From Thalia democratica (taxonomy: Eukaryota): 64,000 nt of DNA. The notes under the pieces are model-generated. The model ran no database searches and was not told the origin of the DNA. It saw only the letters and a list, made by a program, of their open reading frames with translations. The stretch is taken from assembly GCA_965202585.1 (NCBI GenBank), contig OZ241827.1, positions 45,198,001 to 45,262,000 on the forward strand, in the 5' to 3' direction. How positions within the stretch are numbered: position 1 is the first letter of the stretch; every line of letters begins with the position of its first letter. Below, piece by piece: positions 26,201-37,900 of this stretch. A program made the translations under genes and the position numbers.

Positions 26201-29200
26201 TCTTACTGGGACGATATAAAATCTTCAAAAAGAGCAAAATTAATTTTGAAGAAATTATTTTCTGAATTTGCAAAACCAATAGAGTATAGCTTTGAGAAAA
26301 TTGGCATGTTTTCATGTTTTTCATAAAGTTCACCATACCTTTTTTGTACAGTATTTGTGAGTAAACTTGTCTTAAATTTATCAGTTAATTCAGCTACAGC
26401 CAGCTCACACCTGTTAAATAGAAGTTAGGTCGGTACAAAACTTTTTTATCCTAACAAAATATTCTAATTTTAGTGTTGTAAATTTTAGCTTTCCTGATTA
26501 ATCTTGATATCTACTAAACTACTACTTTAAAGATTTTTTTTAACTTTTAGTTTATTAAAAGCTTTAATACCTTTTGCAAGCAGCACTGAAAGCTTCAAAA
26601 AGGCTCAAGTCCAGGTTTGATCCACTTTCACGTTGTTCATCAATGTAAGCAATCAACAAAAAAGTCAAGCTCGGTTGTTGGTAGTTCATTTTAAAAATAT
26701 CTGGGCTCAACAGCTTTAAATCGTTTAAACTGCTCGTACACTTTGATTGAAAATTTTTCGCACTCAAAAGTGCATCAACAGGACTAAATCCAGATAAGAT
26801 GAAACTCGACCAGTATTTAGATTTGAACAAGTAAAAATTGTTTTTGATGCACTCTGTAATCGATTCTTTAACTAGTCTCTTTGATTCAGTAAAAACATTT
26901 GTTTTAATAGAAACTATGACAGTTGATTCTGGCCACTTTTGTTTATTTATTACATGTTTTATTTCATCATTGAAATTCGTAGTACAATTAAAATTGTCGA
27001 ATAAAAACAAGCAATTTTTTCCATTGTTTAGGCTTAGAGTATTATCAAGTTCTTTTGTAAGAAGTCTTGTTTTGTCATCTAAGCTAGAAATTTGTTCTAA
27101 AAATAAAACTTCCAGTAAAAATGTTAAAAACATTAAAAAAAAGTTTATAACATAAAAAAAAAAAAAATAACCACATGCCGGCTTGTAAAGACTTTTAATA
27201 GTTTTTTATCCAAAAACATATTTTATATTTTTCAAAATCGTAAAAAAAGTACTTAAGCTCATGTTTATGCGAAGAAATAAATAAATGAATACAAATATAT
27301 ACAAAATTCATTAAACAACCAACAACTTTCTTAGATTAAGTCACAGAGAACTACTTAAGCTTTATAAACCTGAGTCAATAATGTAATCACAAATGTTGTT
27401 GAAGTTCTTTTTGTTGCCAATATTTTGAGAGTTTAAATAAAAAACATGCTTAAATTTCTTTAAACTATCAATCTCATTGCAAGCCCACAAGTAGCAAACG
27501 TGCTGCAAAAAAGTTGTTTTCCCAAATGACGCTTGTGCACTGTTAAAATAAAATCATTAATCACTAAACACAAAAATATTCCTTAAAAGTAATCGAGCTA
27601 AACTAACCTTATAACTATGTTAGTTTCAATAAAAATGTCTTTCCACATCACTAAACTTTTAAGTTGATGATCTTTTAAACTTTTACTGCTTAAATATTCT
27701 ATATTTTCAGTTGAACTTGAATTTTCGACTTTAACTAGATTAAAACGAAGTTCACGCATTGGAATCTCAATTACAGGTTTAAAAAGTTTAAAACTTATCG
27801 TCTTGTAATCTTTTAAGTATCTTCTTTTTAAAGTTGATTGAATTTTTTCACTTAAGGTTCCTGTAGACTTTATCATTTTATAAAAACTACCACAAAGTCG
27901 TTTAAAAAGTATAAATCTGTTGTTAACAACTGATTTGTAGTATACATATAGTAATTAGAGTCTTAAAAACTTTCAACATTTGTTTGTATTAATAAATATG
28001 TTTGTATTTCTCTTAAAACAAAAAAATACTTTAACAACTAGTTATAGAACTACTTTTATCCATGGGCTGACTTAACAGCTTTTTAATATTCTCATCTAGT
28101 TCTTTTTCTTCTTGTGCTTTTTTCAATAAACTGTTACTGTAAACTTCTTTACTAAAATTTTCTGTCCAAACTAAGGAACTTTGTTGGTCTAAATATCAAA
28201 AATATTGATCGTGAGAAATATTTTGTAGTTTAGTGGCTAATTACGTATAACTTACATTTACAAATTTACCTTGATTGTATTTATTAATACATTTGAGTTC
28301 TATCTGTAATTTTTCTTTATGTTCATTTTTTGTAAAAGATTCTAAATTTATTTCTGAGTAACTTTGATTGATTTGACTGTTTTTTGGTGAGTTACAAAAT
28401 GATTGAACAATCGATTTCATCTGCCCAAAATTACAATACAGATCCTTAAGTTCTATCTCGGTAGGTAACTCCTACGAGTTTAAAGATTGTCGTACAATTA
28501 TAAAAATTTATGAAATTTATTTATAACACTTTTTAAGACAATAAACTTACTTGAAAACAGATACAATATGTTTTCGGTTACATACATTGCTTAATTAAAA
28601 GTATAGTTTTAAACTAATAACCTTTTTAGCGAACAAAGAATCTTTTTCTCTAATGTAAATTTTGTTTCGTTCTTCTAAAGAGCTCGTGTGATGTTTCATC
28701 ACTTTTAAAATTCTACTGCTTTCCATGCTGTTATGGTGCAGAGACAGAACGTCATAATTCCAGGATCTCATCGAATTTTTGTAACAGTTGAGTCTATCTA
28801 ACACTTGACATGTTTTTCTCCAGTAGTTGTCAAAAGTTTCTTGAGTCATTGTCTTTCCATTTACAAAACCTACAGAGTTTTAGAATTTAGTAACAAAAGT
28901 GTAAAGTATTAATAGCGTAAGTTTTAACATGATTTTATTTACTATTTTTATAGCTTAGAAAGCAATATCTACAAACTAGCTACTAGATAATATTATACTT
29001 GTGTCACATTGAAAAGATAACTGTAATGATTAGCATAAAACTTAATTTTAAAACTAAATGAATTTAGTCTTTATTTTAGTTATATCTTATTAATTGCAGT
29101 AAGTTTTAAATTTTATTCAGCTAAGTTTTAAAAAATTCAACGAACATTTTAAGGATTTTTTTATGTTTACAAGTCGGATGATGTCAAAGAGAGAAGATTT

Positions 29201-30003
29201 TTGATTTTCTTGAGGATGACGGCTCCACCATTTCCAATCAGCCGGTTGTACTTGAGTGATAAACCTAAATTTTCATATGTTTTGTTTACTTAAAATATTT
29301 TAGCTACAATATGTACTAACAGCAAAAGCAATTTTAAAATTTGTGCACAAAAAAAAAACTATCAGTGTTGAGATATTGTGAGTTAACTTCAATTTTTAAT
29401 CGACTCAATTAGTATTTGTAATTAAGATGTTATTGAAATTTTTAATGTATTTAATCGAAAAAAATACTTTATTAAAGTGTATAATGTTTTCATATCCAAG
29501 TTATCAATTTCTCCATACGTTATTAGGTCGTATTGTTCATCATTTAGTTGTTGTTCATTTTTCAAAAACTTTAAGTAGTTTGTTTTCAGCTTGACTACCT
29601 GTTATGAATATTGTAAATTATAAAAATAAAAAAAAACATGGTTGTTTTGTACTTATAATAAAAACTCTAGAAACATCATCAGAAGTAGCTCATTTGCTAA
29701 CAAGAAAAAAAAAGTTTCAACCTTTTGAAAATACAGACTGTATTAAACGAAAACACCTTTTTGAAAATATTACTTAGAAAAATTCAGTTTAGACTTTTGC
29801 AAATCACAGACTATACATACACAAACATAACATAAAAAATTGTACATTGTATTACAAACTTGTTTAAAAGTCAAGCTTGTTCTGTCATCATTAAGGGGTA
29901 GATGTTCTTCTAAGAACCATCTAAGTGCGTCAGTACCATCGTTTATTAGCAAAATACATATTCTTGAAAAGTAATCAACGGAAACAGATGTATCTTTTTT
30001 CAT
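20239..30003 (-). CDS. NLR-like protein: HEPN_DZIP3-like N-terminus, degenerate NACHT NTPase, RI-type LRRs; at least 14 exons
   Basis: Checked in-phase exons: 30003-29860, 29598-29468, 29264-29146, then about 28.87-28.61, 28.47-28.26, 28.19-28.06, 27.93-27.61, 27.54-27.35, 27.11-26.57 and 25.92-25.12 kb, then 22586-22184, 21869-21825, 20435-20239 (stop, AATAAA at 20229-20224). Motifs: FSRICILLINDGTDALR, TFDNYWRKTCQVLDRL, VISAQASFGKTTFLQHVCYLWA, CLFLFDNFN, LKKLNLSNNYIGDE, LEDINLANTGMG. Exons at 25.9-26.4 kb not fully resolved. Confidence 0.85.
21404..21560 (+). mobile_element. Relic of a TIR DNA transposon (Tc1/mariner-like end); same family as 39329-39607
   Basis: TA-CGGGTGTACGAC...GACAATTCTAATTC...GG(A)CCACAACTCAAAAAGTA...CTACAAGCCATTTTT matches the 39.3-39.6 kb element. 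Confidence 0.55.
23682..24885. repeat. Long near-perfect inverted repeat (arms 23682-24018 and 24549-24885, 337 bp each) in an NLR intron
   Basis: Arm 2 is the reverse complement of arm 1, with three mismatches noticed by eye; spacer about 530 bp; no TSD found. Confidence 0.9.
24244..24548. mobile_element. MITE-like element with 46-bp terminal inverted repeats, inside the long inverted repeat spacer
   Basis: TTTGATGACATTTTCAATTTTTTATTATTAAAACTATTCCTTAAAA (24244-24289) is inverted at 24503-24548 with 1 mismatch. Confidence 0.7.
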
Positions 30004-31980
30004 AGCAAGTAAATAGAGGCTTTTAAAAGCACGCTAAAAGTTCAGTTCTTGACTGTCAGCTCAACCTAGCATAACAACAATGGAAAAGATTTTGCTTTTG
30101 TTTGCCTTGTTACGTCATAATACTTGTTAGCATGGCTGTATGTTGTATCATAGCAGACGAAAATAAAGTTTAATTGTAAAACATAACGCAAATAAAAATA
30201 CTTTTTTAAACACTTTTTTGAACCATTCTCATTTTTTTTTGGTTTAAATTTACTCTTAAAGTATTTAGTTTTAAATACAATTTACTTAACTTTTTAAAGA
30301 CCTTTTTACAGTTATTATAATTTAGTAATGAAAGATATGTTAAATATCATACAAATTTTGACACTTTTTAAGTCAAAATGAAAAAATTATTATTAGTTTA
30401 AGAACGTAATATGGATAATGTTAAGTTGATGGATAAGCACCAGTTCTTGAAGCCTTGTTTTTAAAATAATTTTGTTTTCTTAAAATACGCTTATTAATAA
30501 AACGAGCTTAAAATTTAATCATCCAAGCTTCAAGTTTGGCGTTTTAGTATACGGTCAAAGTTTGCAAATACTTAAAATTTTAAATTTGTAAAAAAAAAAA
30601 TCAAATTGTACAGCTCTTGTAAATTTTTCATCATTCATAACAATTAAGTAATATACATTTGTATAAAAGAAATAAGTCAAAACCAGTTTTTAAATTTTAC
30701 ATGTTTTTAAAATGTTTATTTGTTTGAATTAAGTTTAGCATATAAAGTTTGTATAACAATAATTTTATAAACAAAATGTTATTTTGAATAGTTAAATTGC
30801 TAATAAAATTCTTTTTACAAGTTTCTATTTTCATAGACTCTTTGTGACGCGATAAGAAAATAATTTTTTCGAAAAGCAGTTACATGTCAGGATTTATTAT
30901 ATTAATCATTTCTTAATACTTAATCTCCTGAATAATATTTTCACTTGAAAAGTACTATTCCTTCAGTACTAAAGAAACTAAAAGGAGTTTATAGTGTTTT
31001 TGTGAACACTTTTGCTAAACTGATACCTTCAGCGGAAATCAGCGCATATCAAAACGAATAATAAAATAAATAACAAGTAAAACGATAAAATGCGCAGTTT
31101 TTGTATTATAAAAAACAATATTTATAGACATACAATAAAAAAATTTATGGCATTGTTAAATTATAATAAGATATGACAAAACAAACATTTTCAAAGAGTA
31201 TGCGAGTTTGTAAATAAAATTTAATTTTAATCTACAACAGTCCAGTGTAAAGTAAAAACTAATTTATCCATTCAAAACTAGTCGGACAATTTTTAAGGCT
31301 TTTTTAGTGTTTATTTTTGTTATTGGAAACCATATCTGTGGTCTTAAAAAAAAAGCCAAATAGTTAGTTTTCTTTTTACTTTAAAATTGAGCTTATGTAT
31401 TAAATAAATACTACTTCATCAGACATACTAAAATAATGAATTTAGTTTTTATGTTGTTGTATAGAATAACAATAAATTTAAGAATTACTACATTTTTTAG
31501 AGTTATATCCAAAATAATCAAAGTAAGCAACGTATCAAAGTTTGTGTACACATCTATTAATGTTTAACGTGTTATAAAGCTCATATTGATAATTACTTAA
31601 TTTCTGCATAGGTCATCTGAAAGGAATAAGTTGCTTTTTTGTTACAATAAAACCTACAATTTCCTTGCTTTTACAACAGTATTACTAGTAGTATTACTAT
31701 TAGTATTACTGATTTTTATTGTTATTGTTTTTTAATTATTGATATATTTTAACTATTTATAAATTTTTTGTGTCGAAGTAAAAGTTATTAGAAAAAACTT
31801 AATATAAAACAAGCAAAGCAAAAAGTATGTTTGTTGTTTGATAAAACTAATTTTTAACACATTTGGGAAAAAAGCCAAAGTTGATTTGAAACTAGATAAA
31901 AACAGACTAAAAGTATAATTTAAAGACTTTTTCAACCTTAATGTTTCTAATTAAAATTAATTTGAAAAGTTAGTTAAAGT

Positions 31981-34900
31981 ATGTTACTAAATTCTATTTT
32001 TATTGTTTCCCTACTGTTGAAGTTTACACATGGGCACTTTACTTTTGAAACAAAACTTGGAAATTTAGGTAGTTTAATTTTTTAATTATTTGATTTTATA
32101 ATTAAATAGTAAAGTTTTCTACCAAAACCTTGTCTACCAAACTTGAATAATAAACGAACTAAAATTTATTTTATTATTACTTTTATTATATTTTACGTAC
32201 ATAAATATTTTTATATAGTTTAAGTGTTATAGTCCTGGACAAGAAATTAAACTGTATCCATGGATTATGACACGATAACAAAAAAGTTTTTTTCGTACAT
32301 CAGGTACTTATACCAAACTTTTTGAGTTCTTTTTTTTTCGTTCAACATCCTATTATGAATTAAAATATTTAATGTTTAAAAAAGTCTTAGAAAAATCAAT
32401 AGTATTTTGATAACACACTTAAATTTTGAAATAGTAAAAACTTAATATAAAAAATACTACAGCTCTAAAATTAATTAAATTAAAAAAAAACTACCCTCGT
32501 ATTATACATTTGATAAAATGTATGTCCTGGACAAGACGTTAAAATTTATCCAAGTGGTGTGCGACTCGATAACCGAAAGGTTTTTTCGTGCACCAAGTCC
32601 TAGGACCTAATATTTTGAGCGTTTTTATTTTTGTTGTTTAATAAACAATGATAAGACTATTACGTTTTTTATATTTTTTTGTAAGTGAAGATTTTAATTA
32701 AATTTTCAAAGCAGCAAGTAAGTAAAATTTAATAGATGTTGTACGGTTTACAAACAAAAACTATATATAACATTCATACTATAAAAAAAATCTAAGCTTT
32801 GGCTAAGTTTTTTTTTTCGAGTATTTTAGTTTCAGCATTTAAGTACGCAAAATGCTTAGTCAAGAAATATTTGGTTCTATAGTTATTACTCAAACACTTT
32901 AATCGGTTATTATGTTTTTGTTACTTTTTTATACGTTTAACGAACTTAGTTGCTTTAAAAAATTAAATAATCACTTTCCATAAGAATATCTTTGTTATAA
33001 ACAGATGTCTACTTAAATGGAAGAAAGGTTCTGGCTCATACCAAAACCGAGCCTGCTTTAGAAATTGGTTCTGGAAAATCTAGGTAAGTAATCTATCTGT
33101 AAAGTTTGTAAATAGTCATACTAAATAAAAGTTATAAAATATTAATAAAGTAATTGTTTTTAAAAAATCATCCCATTTAGTTACCACATGAATCATGGTA
33201 ATTTTGATGTAATAGAAGACCTTCATGCTAAAGAGACGCTTGATAACTTTATAATTGAAGAGAAAAACCCTGAAGATTCGAATAAATCTCCATTTGTAGT
33301 TAAATTTAAATCCAAAACCGACAAAAAATATGTTAGTTCAGACTTATGTTAAACAAACGGTAATGAAATTTAATTTAATAAACACGTAAATACAAGGTTC
33401 GTATTTTGTTTGATGAATGCAAAAAAGGAGACGAAGTTTGTGAAAAATACACGAGAAGAAGCAGCTTAGATGGAGTTCATTATTTTAAGGTAACAGAAGT
33501 TGCAGATAAATCTGTGAACAGATTGTGGCTTAAACTGTTTGCTGAAGAAGAAGAGCACGTATATGGAGGTTGGCTTTTTATTTTGGACTTCGAAGAAAAA
33601 AAGAAGTTGTCATAACTCTTTTAACGTCAAGCTGTTTTTTTTTATAAACTTTAGTCAGATTTTGTTCGTAGCTTTATTTATTTCTAAATTACTAGTTTTT
33701 ATTTTAAAATAAAAGTAAAGTATTCCTATACATACTTTTTAATAAACACTAAAAGTTTTAAATAACATTTTATAACAGAGTGCTGCTAAAGTTTTGTTTC
33801 TTAGTCAAAAAATGCTGTTTGCACAAACTTGTTTTTGAACCATTGCATTTTTTGTTGCATACATTACATAGAATAAAATTTAAGGAGGAGAACAATACAG
33901 CCATTTCTCCCTGAAAGGTCACAATTATCCAATTTGGGCCAGAGAACAAGGTGTCGGGAGAAATCACTCAACTTTTCTTACAAAAATGGCAGGTTTTAAA
34001 TTAGCTAATGAACGGCTTTTATTAATAAGGTGACAAAAATTAAATAACTTAATGAAAATTTGACTTGAAACGTTTAATAAATTATTTCAAGTTTTTAAAT
34101 AATATTTCTGTTAACTTTTTAGTTACTTAATAGATATCCACAGTGGAGCGGGCGGGGATTACCATACTACTTACTGGCCTCAATCTACATTTGTTACAGA
34201 CCGACTGGTTTACTACCATTTAGACTACAACCACTACCATGTTCTTGATTTTAAGTTGGTTGTTGTTGTTGCGCTTAGACGTAAAACAAAGCATATGGAT
34301 GAAAGTTTTGTATTTTCATATGAAAATAATTAAAGAAAAAAAATTTTTAAATATTTTATTCAACCTTTGCTCAACCTGATAACTTTGAGTTTTACATAAG
34401 AAATATTAATAATTTATACATTTTCTAAGTGTCTTTTGAAGGTCACCAAATTATCATGAAATTGAGCTTTGGGAAGACGTATCAGCAGCAACCATGTTCA
34501 TGGAGACAGCTCCAACTTGGACTCTAGTACTTAAAAATCTTTCTTCGTTTTTTGGTAGACAGCCATTACCACCAAAATGGTTGTACAATGGAGCTGTACT
34601 CGGACTACAAGGTGGTACGGAAAAGGTAAAACTATTTTATGTTATCTTTAAAAAAGTTTTAAAAACTTAAACTAAATATATTAACAAGTTTTTTATTTAG
34701 ATAAAACACTTTTTACCAATGCACTTTGCATGTCGTATGAAAACTTAATTTATATTTCTTTTAATAAGGTTGTTTATGCGTTTTTATTATCAAAGCAACA
34801 TTCACATATGTTTTTTTTAAATATATAAAGCATTTAAGTAGTAAAAATAGTTATTCTTTCATACATTTTGTATTTTTATGTAGTTTTATTTTAAAGTTTG

Positions 34901-37900
34901 TGTTATTATGTAACGTATAAAACTTTTTATTTGACATTATTTAGAAATTTCCACTACTAGTTTACAAGTATTTTTGTTTTAAATAGTACATGTTATTAAT
35001 ATTTTAATAAGTCATTAAACAAGATTATTAGTTATTTTTTATATATGTGAAAATTTCTACTAATTGTTTCTTAATAAATTGAAATTACTTGACACTAAAT
35101 TCATCAATAATCTTAAATATCGGTCGTATTTAAAAAGTAAGAAATTTTAAAATAACTCATACTATATTACTAGGTTTGTTGGCTAGTTTATTGTTTTAAA
35201 ACTTCTTAAATCACTTTAATTAATTTGTATAAATTATATTGTATTTATTTGTCTTAACTAAAAAAGTTTGCTCGATTTACTAAAATGTAAAAGCTTATTT
35301 AAATAATAAATGATAATGTTCAAATTATGTATTTCATTTATTACCAGGTTTCGGTGGCAAATCAACCTGGTAGTAAATAAATCATTTAATTTGCGCATTA
35401 TTGTATAAATTATACTAAAGAAACAGATATAGTATAAAAAACATAGTAATATAAAAACATCAGCAAAAAATATTTATCTGATTTGATTTTAAATTAAAAC
35501 TTATAAGAGTTTGTCATATGTATCAAAAATATTTTTTTTACAAAAGTGGTTTTTAACAAATATAAGTTTATTATCAAAGGTTACTTGTGAAACTTTTTAA
35601 AGATCATTTATTATTCATAAGAAATTGAAGATGAATTAATTGTCAAATACATAGCTACCTTAAAACATATTTTTACCAACTAAGATGAAAATCAATAACT
35701 TTTTGTAATCGGGCAGTTTTAAATTTTCTAAATTGACCCTTTTATTGGAATATCATTTAGTTTGTCATTAAGAATAAAATTACTAACAGATATAATTATT
35801 TTCAATTTAAGTTTTTATTTTTAAAACGAACAGGTAAATTGTTAAAAATAATTTGAAAATTTATTAATTTTTTTATTTATAACATACTAATAAAAAATGT
35901 AATTTTACTTGTTTTATTTTTTTACGAAGTGTTTAAAAAATTCTAAACCTTAGTAATAAGTACAAATTACTTAAACACAAACATAAAATATTTACAAAAA
36001 TACATTTTAGAATAATATTTTATTCATGCACTTTATTTAATTTTTAAACACATTTTAGAATACATCTTTTACTACGGATTTCCTTGAATTTCGATCTACC
36101 AAAGCAGTGTATACAACAAAAAAAGGCTTAAGATAGTTATTGTAAAACTTATGCATATTATATGAAAAAGTTTACAAATTGTTCTTTCTGTTTTGCTGCA
36201 ACTTTTTTTTTTGCTTTACTAACTTTAACAACAGCGCTTTAGAAATAAATTACTATTTAGGTAGTTCAAACGTATAAAAACCTAAAAAATGAAGGCGTAG
36301 AAGTTAGCGCTATTTGGATTCAGGATTGGTCTGGAAACTACTTCACTGAGCTTGGTTCTCGTGTTTACTGGAATTGGAGGTGGAATAAAAACTTCTACCC
36401 TAATTTAGACAAAGTTATAAAGGTCTTTTATACTACTAGTTTATTTTTTTGTTTAGTTTAATTCAAAAAATTATATTTTTATTTTTATTTTTCAAAAATA
36501 TTTATTATAGTATAATTTTTACAGTACTTATTTAACTATACATAAAAGTCAGTAATTAATAAATAATCTTTACAGACACAACACTTGTTCTTTTAAAACA
36601 GGACTTTGACGAAAATGAAAATGTGAAGTTTTTGTCTTACATAAACCCACATGTAATAGTTGGTAGCGAAATGTACAATGAAGGAGAAAAACATGGATAC
36701 TTTATTAAAAACAAGCAAGGTTTATTTAAGAAAATTATGTTAAGTAAAGCGTTTCAAAGCAAGCTATTAACTACAACTTTATACAAAGATATGCAAGTAA
36801 AAACTTTAAGTTCAAATCATTAAAGTCCTCATTTCTTTTATATTTCTAGCTAAATATGTTTCTATAATTTACGAGTAACTTGACAAAAAACAATAGGTGT
36901 TTTTTAAATGCGCTCATATAAAAAGTTTTTTTGTTTATTTTGTTTTACGTAAACTTTGTATAAAAACGTGTGTTTATTGACTTTAGGAAGTCCACTAATT
37001 ATCGATTTTGAAATGGACTGCGCAACCGTTGACCTTACAAACCCCGATGCCTACGAGTGGTATAAAACAATACTAAAAGTTTAAAATTTATTTACTTTAT
37101 CATAGTCTTGATACAACATTTACCACATGTTCTAGGAAATGCTGCAATTAGGATTTGGTGGCTGGATGGCAGATTTTGGTGGTGAATACTTGACTGTTGA
37201 TGACGCTGTTTACTTTAGCGGAGAAGACCCCAGATTGATGCACAACAAATATTCAGAAATGTGGGCTAAGTTGAACAGAGAAGCGTTAGAAGAAGAGGGA
37301 AAAGTTGAAGACACGTTTCTGTTTTTCAGATCAGGTTAGATAGTATAGATTTTTGTTTTTAACAAGTGTTTTTTAAGTATTTTCATTTATGTAAAAAGTT
37401 ACTTATTGCGTATCAAATCACTTTTTTTCTTTATTTATTTTTGTATTTAGCAAATAGAAAAAAAAAATTTTTTACATCAGCAATCCCTTACTTTAAAACC
37501 ATTGTTTTTAAAATATATTACATTTGAGGTATAAAAGCAGTTGAAATAAGTACATACAATCAAAAACAAATGATTTAACTAAAGACTTTAAGCTTTTTTT
37601 TTAATAAACTTTTTAACAAAATATATAAAAGGTTTATATAAATATACGAATATACTTTATACATCATTGACACTAAACTGTATCGTAGTACCATCAACAG
37701 CCTAATGATACTTGTATGATAGCTAAAAATTTTTATCTATTTTTACTTTATAATATATTAGTATTAAAATTCATCGTATTCATGTTTATGTGCAGGATAC
37801 GGAAGATCACCTGGATATGCAACTACTGCATGGGCTGGAGACCAGAATGTAGATTTTTCATACAGTGATGGACTTGCGTCAACCATACCTGCTGCCTTGT

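Noticed and set aside
21734-27155. Plus-strand ORFs at 21734, 22387, 25548, 26129 and 26838
   Set aside because: Antisense shadows of NLR exons, with no domain signal or splice support.
35342-35372. Small GC-rich hairpin TACCAGGTT...AACCTGGTA in a GH31 intron
   Set aside because: A 9-bp stem alone is not significant in 64 kb; at most a transposon remnant.
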